Positions 25,552-36,542 of a stretch of 64,000 nt of DNA are shown here, one piece after another. Within the stretch, counting starts at the first letter, position 1; each line of letters starts with the position of its first letter. A model generated the notes under the pieces. It had not been told where the DNA came from. It was given only the letters and a program-made list of their open reading frames with translations, and made no database searches. The stretch comes from Octopus sinensis (taxonomy: Eukaryota), in assembly GCF_006345805.1 (NCBI RefSeq), contig NC_042998.1, positions 29,698,001-29,762,000 on the forward strand, read 5' to 3'. A program made the translations under genes and the position numbers.

Positions 25552-25588
<37 letters not shown>

Positions 25589-26276
25589 AAATAAGAAAAT
25601 GGAGAGATACACCTTAATCAATAATCAACTACCAGATAATACCCAATCACATAATTTATTAACCCACTACATATGAACATCAAGGTCAAACATAATAGTA
25701 TAGAACAAAACAATGCACATCAATGAGTAATATGATACAATAAGTACAATATGTATAAGTCAATATAAATAAGTATAAATGTGGTAAAACATTTTACCTT
25801 TGCCCATATAATACAATAAATGAATTAATTACATCGCAATTCTTAACATTTATGTATTAACTTTGTTGGGTGCTTTACTGGCAGTATACTGGATATATGT
25901 TATCCCATGGTGGGTTGCACTCACAACCCCTATCTTAATTTATATATATATATATATATAATATATATATTATATATATATATATATATATGAATGATTG
26001 ACTATAAGATGGATGAAAACAAAAACAAGTGAATTAGGTAAATATTTGACGAGTTTATGTGAAATGTTGAATGAAATATGTGAGGTAGTGTCTATGAATG
26101 AAACGGGCGAGAAAATTTATTGTATTAACTTGCATGAGTTATTTTATGAACCGATAATATTTCATGAAAAAGTTCTACTTTTGTGCATATAAAATATCAG
26201 ACTTCGGAGAAAAGGTGTTGTCATCAGATTGAGGACGTAGAGTAATGTGACGAATGACATAGTCAGCTTTTACATT

Positions 26277-26470
26277 TACCTCCGCCTAAGCGAATGCGGA
26301 GGTATTGTTTTCAGTCGTGCTTGTTTGTTTGTTTGTCTGTGGACAAGATATCTCAAGAACTGCTGGATGGATTCGGATGAAATTTTCAGAGACATTTGGT
26401 CTCTTGACTGGCACGAACTGATTAGATTTTCGGATCGATCCGCTACCGGACAAGGATTCAAGATTATTTG
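26277..26470 (+). mobile_element. HINE/DINE-1-like (Helentron-associated) non-autonomous element
   Basis: 5' palindrome TACCTCCGC-10 nt-GCGGAGGTA, then a GTTTGTTTGTCTGT microsatellite and TGGATGGATTCGGATGAAATTTT, the typical HINE layout. Confidence 0.65.
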
Positions 26471-26599
26471 TTATATTTACTTTAATTTACATGATTACGA
26501 TCCTACGTTCACTTTCATGGCTTTCTCAATTATCTCCCTTTAGCTGTTTCCAAAGTTTCATTTTCGTTTCTCTATTATTAACTCACGTCTCAAACTTAA

Positions 26600-28820
26600 T
26601 AGAAATTGATGGATAAAGAAATCAAACTACATACGCAAACGGCAACAAAACCGTTCAAAAATTAAATAAAACTAACATATTTTTATAATATATATTATTA
26701 TATATTATACATACATATTAACTCTTCACAATATACTTACATATAAACATACACCTTTACATCGATCTAAAACAACAGGAATATTAAAGAAAGGCCGGAA
26801 TTTAAGAGAAGAGAAAGCCAAAAGGCATCATGCTATTCATTTAAAAATTCCTGAGTAGAACTTATTATTATTACTTCCACCTTTGAATCTGAATAGTCAA
26901 TTTGTTAACTTTGGCTTGTATTAAATAAGAATAAACTGTTTGTTACTGTTACTAAATTTTCTACAGCCACCTTCACATTCCATAACTACAGTTGGGATCT
27001 ATTTCTTTTATTACCCACAAGGGGCTAGATACAGAATGATCCAATTACAAAACAAACATATACAAAGACAAACTCTGGGAACTTAAAAATGCAAAAGAAG
27101 ATGAAATAAGAATAGAAAAAATTAAAAGAAACGAATGGTAATATGAAAAGAGTATAAAATGAGGTGCAATGCCCACTCGATCCCCGAAATCGAGTGGTTG
27201 CATTTGGACAGTTTTTTCCTTTTCATATAATGAATGCACATTTCTGTAGTCTTTTTTTTCTTCACTAATTACAAACAAAGTTCTTCTAATTTTCCCAACT
27301 CTTGAACTTCGATTTCCGAAGATGGAATTTCAGGCAATAAAAAACTGTTCACACAATATGAAAGTTCAGCAATTTCTTTTTCAAATTTATAATACTTTTC
27401 ACAAGGCATTAAAATTCCCTAATCGCCTACATCAAAATTGTCTACCGACATCTTCACATTCACCAGTTTCCCCATATTTTTCAACTGTTCTTTCCGTTTT
27501 CTCATTTCTTTGTACTAAACTAAGACGCCCTGATATTCAACTCGATCACACTTTTTTGTTTTTCTTTTTTCGTTCGACTGTTCTTTTGCCCCCGATTTTT
27601 TTCCTTTTGTGGAGTAACTGACCCCCCACCGTTACTCTCCTCCTCACTTTTCTTCTTCTTTTTGTCTTTCTGGATATAAACCGCCTCTTCCTCTATTTTT
27701 TCTTCCTCTGCTTGTATTTCTTCCTCAATTTTACTTTCTTCTGCCCGCACTTTATCCTTTGCTTGTGGTTCCACCAGTTCGTTTCTTTGCTCCTTTTCCT
27801 CTACCTTTTTGCAACGTGAGAATTCGTATAAAGGGCACTCAGTCTTTATATGGCCTCTCACTCCGCATAAATAGCAATTTGGTTTCCTTCCCCCCACCAC
27901 CGCATTCAGCGTCATCTCGTCCTCAACCTCAATCTGGTAGGGGATCCTTTCAATGTCTTCAAATGTGGCAACAAGCTACATTTCGACACCGAACCCCCAT
28001 CTGTTTAAACTTATCCGTCTCCTCTATGGGTCCCAGCGTAGGATTGTCTTCAGTTGAAGCCAGAACAGCTGCAACTAACCACTTTGCTTTAATTTCTGGT
28101 GGCACTCTTGGTATTCGCATTCTTACACTGCGTCTTCCCCTGTAAGTAGTAACACTATTTTTTTCAGTTCTTAATATTGTGACGGAATGTGAGGCTGCCT
28201 CTTCTCTTGTGGCAAACCTCACCACTACCGTACCAAATCTTTTTCCTCTGCCAATATATGTCGCCTTTTCAACAATTTCTCCCAGGCACTCTTCAATCTC
28301 TCTTCTGTCACCATCTCGATCATTTTGGTGGCAACCGCTTGGTGTCTTGTAAATCGCAATTTTGCAACTTTTATCTTCTGTAGTCTCTTTTGGCTGGATT
28401 AATTTGTTTATATCTCCCTCTCTTCTTATTAATTGTTCGCTTCTCAAAATCTCCTCTTTGTCCACAACAATTAGCCTTGCTTCCAGTGAGGCGGCCGTTC
28501 TCGCTGCAGCAACTTTCGCGTAGCTCTCCATACTGGAGGGACTACATTTTCTCTTTTCACCCAGAATGGGGAAAAAAGAACAGCACATGCAGCTGCAAGC
28601 AGCACGCGCGAAACGTTTCACCGAAAATAGCAACAAATTAATTCACAAAATAATTCACTGAACGCAACACGCACTGATTCGGCTTCGGGATCGATCGATA
28701 CCGAACAAGAATTCTGGATTATTTTTCCAGTCTTTTTACTTAACTTTTGAGAGTTATCAGGTTCATTCTTAGTATTCTCGTTTGTGAGAGCAGTCGAGTT
28801 TATTTCAGATATTCTCATTT
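26600..28820 (-). mobile_element. Decayed ORF1 (gag-like RRM plus CCHC knuckle) element, L1/Tx1-ORF1-like; no ORF2 seen
   Basis: MESYAKVAAA start at 28531, RRM-like GKRFGTVVVRFATREEA, IPRVPPEI, then after a frameshift VVGGRKPNCYLCGVRGHIKTECP and an E/K-rich tail. Boundaries are approximate. Confidence 0.75.
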
Positions 28821-28829
28821 TAAAAAATC

Positions 28830-29470
28830 CTCTCTGGCGTTAAGAAGTCGTTGGTGTTGCATTGGCAGAGGTTTTCGCTCTCTAAGTGCTCTTGTTGTAG
28901 TTTGAATTTGGTTGAATCACCCGCAGCAGATAGTGAGGCGTGGTGAGTGCAACGGTAGGAAGTGACGTGGCATAAACAAGACGATGTGGGGTATTGTGAA
29001 AGGACGCTGAAAAGTTGCAGAACTTTAAATTATGGCTAGTCTGCAGGTAGGGTCTTTCAGTTTTTGTTTAAATAGGGTAGGTTGTATAAACTGTAAGGTT
29101 GTGATAAAACATGCTGTTTGTTGCGGCGAAGGTGTTTGAGAAAAAAGTTAGACGAATGAGAGAAACGGCGAATAGGCGAGAGATAGGTTAAACGACGTAG
29201 TTAGATATGTCAGTTCTGTTGAATTATGTTTTGTGTTTTAAATGAGAATAGCCTCCTTGTTTCGCAAGCTACCAATGTTTCGATCTCTATCTAAGATGAA
29301 TATTCGTAGTTCACTGTTGCAGCGTTTGTTGATGTATTTGTTTAGCCAGACGTTATGTGCTTTTTAGCTGTTCCCTAATGCAGGAGTGGAGTTTCCAAAT
29401 CGTGATGCCGATGTAGGGATCTCCGCATTTATCACATATTTAGATATGTACAAAGACAAAAACCCAGACT
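28830..29470 (-). mobile_element. Penelope-like element 3' fragment (GIY-YIG pseudogene)
   Basis: ICDKCGDPYIGITIWKLHSCIREQ and, after a frameshift, FILDRDRNIGSLRNKEAILI*NTK.N. Confidence 0.72.
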
Positions 29471-29562
29471 ATCACGTCGATGAACTACTTCAACTATTCC
29501 TGTCAACAATGAGCTCAATCATAGACTTCAAAGACTAAAAAGGTCCATCTACAAATTCCTGC

Positions 29563-29622
29563 TTAGACACAGTGAATGCGAGAGTTGGGGATAGCCCCAA
29601 CTCTCGCATTCACGCCGTCTGA
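29563..29622. other. GC-rich hairpin with a perfect 19-bp stem
   Basis: GTGAATGCGAGAGTTGGGG-ATAG-CCCCAACTCTCGCATTCAC (29572-29613), extended imperfectly by AGAC/GTCT. Confidence 0.93.
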
Positions 29623-29709
29623 GGTTTTAAAAACATAAAACCTACAGACATTATTACTTCATATTGGACAAAGGAAATTAATTTTGCAGCATTGCACAAG
29701 ATACTTACA

Positions 29710-30420
29710 ACTGCTAAGTATTCAGACAGATCATTAACAACAAGTTTATACGATAGTCACAGGCATAACATGCTTCCAGATTGAGAGCGTCAATACTACA
29801 GGAACCGAGTCTTGCAACCTGAAGAATCTCGGTTTGAAAGCTAACAGCAATATCATGATCAGGAATCTTAAGCTACATACATCTAACCACTTTATCAAAA
29901 TACATAAATCTGCACTAATGTCTCTAGCTTCAACGGACCTGTTTACGCTGTTTCCGGGCTCATCTCTCGGATACTTAAGATGCTCATAAATTTTCTTTCC
30001 TTGATCACGTCTACAGCTGGAATGAGTCCACAAACACCATTGCGATATACACAAACACAGTAGGCATGACTCCAAACTTGATGTAATATTTCTGTACACA
30101 CCCTGTACTCTCCTTGCAAACTGCTAATATCGTTACTATCTATACTATCTCTTCTAATTCCAGTTACTACGGTTTCACCGCCACGAAATTCATCAACTCT
30201 TTTCCATCTTTGGCACAAACGCCTACTTCGCCCCCAACCAGCACAACGATAAACAAACCTGCGTTCTACTCGTGAGACCCAATATTTTAGGTTTAATGGA
30301 CTACGAGACTGAATGAAGAGCCGAGAAATCAACACTTGCAATTCCTATTTTTTCTTTATAGGGAACGTAGGTGACATAATTGATCTGTACATCGCGCTCG
30401 CGGATACTAATTCTATCTTT
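29710..30420 (-). pseudogene. Putative fossil of a phlebovirus-like Gc (class II fusion) glycoprotein gene
   Basis: Ordered motifs over shifting frames: RCAGWGRSRRLCQRW..EF (30248-30186), WCLWTHSSC then KIYEHLKYP (30039-29968), SCSIDALNLEACYAC (29803-29759). They resemble phenuivirus Gc motifs recalled from memory. Many stops and frameshifts. Confidence 0.55.
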
Positions 30421-31419
30421 GAAACATTCAATAATATTGATAAACACATTGAATATTGATAAAAATATTAATATTGATAAACGCATATATCAATATTATT
30501 GATAAACACACTATTCAATACTCAAATGAAAACAGAATTTCTCCAACTATTCGATTTTGTACTCATTATTTCAGATGATAGCACAACAACAAAATTCGGC
30601 TTGAAGAAAACTCTTCGTCCGATTTAAATAAGCCACATCAACTGTAGTGAGCACTACTTTATTCTAAATGCTTTCGTTCACATTTGTAACCGATACAGCA
30701 TGTCGACACACCGAGTCGCTTACACCACATACAATACAGACCAATCATCGCAAAAACATCTGCTTGTTTAAACTACCATATCTTAGCAAGATTACTGTCG
30801 CCGCCATGCGTAAAGCCCGTCTCTGTTAGGTTTGACATACATTTGGCTCACTCTGGACTCTCTTTAAGTCGAACTCTTGCTAAAACGAAACTATTTGAGA
30901 TCAACAATATATTTAGAAACTACTCTATTCACGCCAAAAAGCATATGACTACATGAATCCTTAGTGTTCCAAGGAAATGCAATAAATGCGGCGACCGCTG
31001 TTTCGGCAACACAAAAATGAAATTGGAAATTTGTTGCCTGTGTGCAATGTGAAATGAGCTGCGAAGATGGAGGTTTTTCTTCGCGTAGGGTCTGCTGAGG
31101 GAACAAGAAAAAGAAGACAATGACAATTGCACTGTTGACAATGATGATGATGATGAGGAGGAGGAGGAAGGGAGGCAGAGGGGGAAAGGAAGGGGTCGGA
31201 GGTGGAGGTAATAGAATCGTTTGGCAAATAGAAGGATGAGTGATTGGGGAGTGTGGGGTATACATTATGTGCCAGTTGTCGACAAGGAAGGGTCGGAGAG
31301 GTCAGTCACGCGGTGACTTGAGAAGTCAGAATAAAAAAAAAGATCAGTGGAAAAGGAAGTTGTTACCACTACCAAAACTGCTGCTGTTGCTCAGTTTAAT
31401 GTTGTTGTTGTTGTTGTTG

Positions 31420-31797
31420 TTGCTATTGCTGTTGCTGTTGAGCGAAGCGGTCTTCGTCCCTGTGGGAGAAGTCCGAAAAGTGGTCCTTTGCTATTCGTAA
31501 GACCCGCAGAAGAGAAAGCAGGTCAACCTCCGACACCGAGAGCATCGACGGATGGATGAATGTGCATCCAGGTTCAGCGGTTGCGTAGGAAGTCGGGGAC
31601 AGGAAACAGAAAGAAAGAGTGAGAGAAAGTGGGGGCGAAAGAGTGCAACAGGGGTCGCCACCACTCCCTGCCGGAGCCTCGTGAAGCTTTAGGTGTTTTC
31701 GCTCAATAAACACACCCAACGCCCGGTCCGGGAATCGAAACTGCGATCCTCCGACCGCGAGTCCGCTGCCCTAACCACTGGGCCATTACGCCTCCAC
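31420..31797 (-). mobile_element. SINE family C (tail type 2)
   Basis: GTGGAGGCGTAATGGCCCAGTGG head; the tail matches the 61797 copy and ends in (CAA/CAG)n. Confidence 0.9.
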
Positions 31798-32643
31798 TGT
31801 TGTTGTTGTTGTTGACGGTAGCGGTACTGGTGGTGGTGGTGGTGGTGGTGGTGGTGGTAGTGTTCGTGGTGGCGGCGGCGGCGATGGTGCTTGCGTTAAT
31901 CTTGATTACAATCCTGTTGCACTGTAGCACAAGAGAATAAACAAATAGAATTTTTGTTTTTTTCCACATGCTTTTAAGAAGATGAAAAGCTTTCCGAAAT
32001 TTGAATTCATTTTATTTTTAGTTTGTCTCACCGATCGATTGTTGAATTGGTGAGCAGCAGCAGCAGCAGCAGCAGCAGAGAAGGGACAGGCCTTGTAGCT
32101 CGCTCCAGACTGGGGGAAAAGAACAAACCGGACATTGATCAGAATATCAATTTCATTCTCTGTCGAGATCTGACTGTTATAGACATGCAATTTGTTTATT
32201 ATGAAGCGGAGGTTTTTGTAGCAACATTTGCGGAGTGACATATTCCTTTGTACATTTATTCATTTATTTTTTTGTTTGCGAAATATATTAAGGCCCTGTT
32301 TTATGTGTCTAAACAGACAAGGGAATATATATGATTCAGTTTTGAAAGTTGTTTTGTCTAAGTTCTTTTGTACGAGGATAAAGGAAAACATTTGTTTACG
32401 GTTCGATATCGAATATGTGTTTAGTTAATGTTTTGTTTGATTTCTTATTTGACTAAATATAAACACAAACGTTTGTTTTGCGGTTCAATTGATTCTGAAG
32501 GTTATGCAACTTCTTTTCCTTTTCCTTTTCCTTTTTTTTTGCTGGAATAGACGAGAACATTTGTATGCATATCAGTATTGAATATTGAGCAGATAAAATA
32601 TCGTGTACTTACAAATAATTCTAAATTTCAAAAGTTTCGAAAA

Positions 32644-32703
<60 letters not shown>

Positions 32704-32771
32704 GAAAAGTATTCCAAGTTATCTTCAGTTCCAGTGGCTTGCACAACCGACTTGTTAATACGAGAGGTTCT

Positions 32772-33150
32772 CTTTTACTCTTTTACTTGCTTCAGTCATA
32801 TGACTGTGGACATGCTGGAGCACCGCCTTTAGTCGCGCAAATCGACCCCAGGACTTATTCTTTGTAAGCCTAATACTTATTCTATCGGTCTCTTTGCATA
32901 AATTTCTCTGAGAGATTAGAAATGTATTATTTCAACTAATAAATGACTTTTATATTTAAAAAAAAATTACTTCTTTTACTCTTTTACTTGTTTCAGTCAT
33001 TTGACTGCGGCCATGCTGGAGCCCCGAATTTAGTCGAGGAAATCGACCCCAGGACTTATTCTTTGTAAGCCTAGTACTTATTCTAAGTTACGGGGACGTA
33101 AACACACCAGCATCGCTCGTCAAGCGATGTTGGGGGGGGGACAAACACTG

Positions 33151-33187
<37 letters not shown>

Positions 33188-33370
33188 CATATACATATAC
33201 GTATATACGATGTGCTTCTTTCAGTTTCCGTCTACCAAATCCATTCACAAGGCTTTGGTCAGCCCGAGGCTATAGTAGAAGACACTTGCCCAAGGTGCCA
33301 CGCAGTGGGACTGAACCTGGAACCATGTGGTTAGAAAGTAAGCTACTTACCACTCAGCCACTCCTGCACC
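32772..33370 (-). mobile_element. SINE family B copy (32972-33370) plus a duplicated tail fragment (32772-32895)
   Basis: Matches family B consensus. Confidence 0.9.
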
Positions 33371-34559
33371 TCCACACAACCTACATATTTTGGCATATGT
33401 GATCGTTTGTACATACAGTTTTCTCTCTCTTTTCCTCTCCTCCTCCTCTCTGTAACCAATTTATATATATCTGTGTATGAGCGTGTGCATGTATACATGC
33501 GCGCACACACCTATACAATATATAATTAAGATATAAATGAGTGAAGAAAAAGGAAACCATGAAGCCCAATTAGGGGTAATAACGACAAATTCGCATAAAT
33601 TACCATACAACATAAATTTATTTTTATCAAATAAATTTTCGCTTCGAGAGAAAGTAAACAAGCGCCAAGTGGCAATTGTGACCAACAAGAATGAAAAGTA
33701 ATGACGATCTCATGAATCAAATATTCACAGTTGCATCCATCAACGCGTAAATAATTTCAATAAAACACGAATCTATATTGTGTGGTATTCGGTATTGATC
33801 TTGTAAATAGAAATTGAGTTTCAAGAGAATTCATTGTTCGGAAGCAGTATGAGTATGATAAAATACAGAAACTCGGAGCGTTCCTTTCACCAAGTTTTCC
33901 TAATCCTTTTGCAGTGCTACGCCTGACGATGATATTGATGATGTACTTTTGACATACAACTCCAGGCGCCGTATACTCTACGAGTACAGAAAAGGACAAG
34001 TTTAACCTTATAACTCTACTATCTGATAATGACAAGTTATCTCTTATACGTAATCCATGTTAACATTGTCTAACTCAAGCAATCATTTAAAACAGACACT
34101 CTTCTTTACGCCAAAAAAAAGAGTAATACACCAATAACTTGATTAGATTCTGCAACTTCAATGATGTATATTTGAAAATAAGTCAAAACTTTGCACATGA
34201 GTTTGTCTCTTTCTGCATGTCATAAGCATTTAAAGATATCAGGTACGTCTCTCTCGCAAATCCAGATCCGCTAATGCTGGTTCTTGTGTCAGTGTGTGCC
34301 GTTTACCGTATGCGTGATCTTTCGGCCTTCAGGGTTTGAACTATCACCCAATGAATATCCATTTAATATTTAGTCGGTAATAATTGGCATCCCAGCATCA
34401 CTCGAACTATCGTTTGAAGTGATTTCACAATCCGCCATTGTGTGTTAACTAAAACCGTTACCTTTTTTAGCTGTTCAAGCATGTCAATGAATATGTTGCA
34501 GAATTTGCGGTGGTTGGTTAGGCAGTAATCGATTTTCTGTCACCATCATCAAAAACGTT

Positions 34560-34950
34560 TTGTTCTGGATATTAAGAAATTCGTCAATGCAGGGCGTATT
34601 CTAATGGAAACCGACTGACTACATAAGAACAAAATCATGCCAAATGGACGCAAATATTCTGAGAAACTTTCAAAGAAGCAAAAACAAGTACTTTAGACAC
34701 ATTCTCTGCATTAGATATCCAGAGCAACAAAGAGATTTGAGCTAAAACTAAGCAGAAATACACCCGCCGATAAATAGCTAGTGGTAAGTGGCGATGGTTC
34801 GGTCATATATTAGGAAAAACAAAGGAAAGTTTGACTATGAAAGCCTTTTATTGGAACTCAGAAGAAAAAAGAAAAACAGGATACCCAAGGATCACCCGCA
34901 GGCGATCGGCAGCAGAGTTATTTGAGATGACAGAAGAAACATTGAACCAA
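34560..34950 (+). pseudogene. Highly degenerate RTE-clade LINE RT C-terminus
   Basis: Remnants resembling W.W.GHILR and (AL)YWNSEEKRKTGYPRITRRR, versus the RTE motif WNPQGKRKRGRP.TWRR. Confidence 0.55.
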
Positions 34951-34961
34951 GTGCCAAATAA

Positions 34962-35303
34962 AAGGGTAAAGACCCCCTTCGGTCATGAATGACCATGGGA
35001 TTGCACCTAGAAAGTTACCCTCCTAGACACAAGTCCGGGCAAGGTTGTTTTATGGAAGACCAGTAGTCGCCCATGCATACAAGCCTCCCCTCTCCACGCC
35101 ACCAGTGTTATCCAAGGGAAAGACAAAGGTCGATACAGCTTGGCACCAGTGACGTCGCAACTCATTTCTACAGCTGAGTGAACTGGAGCAACGTGAAATA
35201 AAGTGCCTTGCTCAAGAACACAACACGCAGCCCGGTCCGGGATTCGAGCTCACAACCTCACGATCGTAAGCTCGACGCCCTAACCACTGAGCCATGCGCC
35301 TTC
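34962..35303 (-). mobile_element. SINE family D, full length
   Basis: AAGGCGCATGGCTCAGTGG head; matches the 57886 copy including the GGTCATTCATGACCGAAGGGGGTCTTTACCC tail. Confidence 0.92.
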
Positions 35304-35590
35304 AAAGTACAGAAAAGAAGGCAAGAACGATTCCTGGTGTCTAATTAGGCAATGACGATAACAGATTGGCTCGTTTTTAAATGATATCTAGTAAACATTC
35401 AACTATGAAATTGCTCATTGGACTGATATATGGCGGCAGATTTTTAAAATATGTTATACATAATGTTGGTACTTCCCAATGTGAACATGCATAAGACATT
35501 GGAAATATCACAGTTCTATTTTTAAGAGATGAGGAATTATGTAAGTTATTTACATTTGAGAGATATTTGTCCTCATCTTGTTTGTTGTTA

Positions 35591-35634
35591 ACACAACGTT
35601 TCAGCTGATATAACCTCCAGCCTTCATCAGGTGT
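35591..35634 (-). ncRNA. Minimal type I hammerhead ribozyme
   Basis: ACAC-CUGAUGA-A-GGCUG..CAGCU-GAAA-CG-UU-GUGU. Confidence 0.78.
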
Positions 35635-35802
35635 CTTGGAGAGATTCCGAACCTGGGTTCTCATTCCTAAGGTATTTTTCGATGTTGTTGTTGTTGTTGT
35701 TGTTGTTGTTATTATTCATATGCCCACGGTTATATGGCGTAGTGGTCAAGAGCGCGGGCTACTAACCCCAAGATTCCGTGTTCGATTCCAAGCAGTGACC
35801 TA

Positions 35803-35881
<79 letters not shown>

Positions 35882-35929
35882 TCGGAAAATACCTTAGGAA
35901 TGAGAACCCAGGTTCGAAATTTCTCCAAG

Positions 35930-35973
35930 ACACCTGATGAAGGCTGGAAGGTATGTCAGCCGAAACGTTGTGT
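35930..35973 (+). ncRNA. Minimal type I hammerhead ribozyme
   Basis: ACAC-CUGAUGA-A-GGCUG gaagguaugu CAGCC-GAAA-CG-UU-GUGU; canonical core with an extra A after A9, palindromic stem III ACGU, predicted cleavage after 35969. Confidence 0.82.
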
Positions 35974-36497
35974 TAACAACAAACAAGATGAGGACAAATA
36001 TCCGTCAAGTGTAAATAATGTAAATAATTAAAAATAACATACTGTCAAAATATATCGACATGGAGACTAGGATAAGGATGAATAATGTGAAAGTTCCATG
36101 AATGAAAGAAGAGTTAAGAAGAAGTTTTTAAGATCACAACAAAAATGTTAATTCTTAGTTAATGAAGTTCTAAGAGTGGAAAGAAAGAATGGTTTCTCTA
36201 TATTGAGATAATCGTTCTCGCAGAAGTGTACGACTCTGTATACTTAAGAAAACGGAAAATGCAGTTCTACGATGTGAGACAATGTTATCTATTCGGATGA
36301 ACAAAAAAAAAAAAGAATGTTAGTCAAAATTATTTTTGTAACGTAGGTTCCTTTTTTTCCCCACTCATTTAGTAGCAAGACATTAAAGTCTGTGTATGAC
36401 GTAATCCATTAATAGACAATCTGCATGTTGTAGCAGATGTGCAAGAATGTGTGATTATGGAAGTGTTCTTATAGTTTAACAAAGCGTGCGTGTGCAT

Positions 36498-36542
<45 letters not shown>

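Larger units (their letters stand above)
24563..25555 (-). repeat. Apparently identical 504-bp tandem duplication containing a Penelope-like terminal module
   Basis: Identical ORFs at 24632 and 25136 (offset 504); units separated and flanked by (TA)n. Confidence 0.95.
35511..36030. mobile_element. Head-to-head inverted pair of tRNA-headed, hammerhead-tailed SINE (family E)
   Basis: Minus copy 35511-35726 has an internally deleted head. Plus copy 35727-36030 has A-box TGGCGTAGTGG, B-box GTTCGATTC, an (AAT)n spacer and a Penelope-like tail. Confidence 0.88.

Noticed and set aside
30301-30486. Signal-peptide-like ORF MRLSILIFLSIFNVFINIIEC…
   Set aside because: The hydrophobic start comes from an AATATTGATAAAC tandem low-complexity patch, so it is not evidence of a secreted protein.
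30985-31045. Minus-strand GGCAACA…TGTTGCC-GAAA-CAGCGG-UC, hammerhead-like half
   Set aside because: No CUGANGA-like core upstream of the stem.
35727-35800. tRNA gene calls for SINE heads (families A-E)
   Set aside because: They have A/B boxes but no proper acceptor stem or cloverleaf, and continue into SINE bodies.
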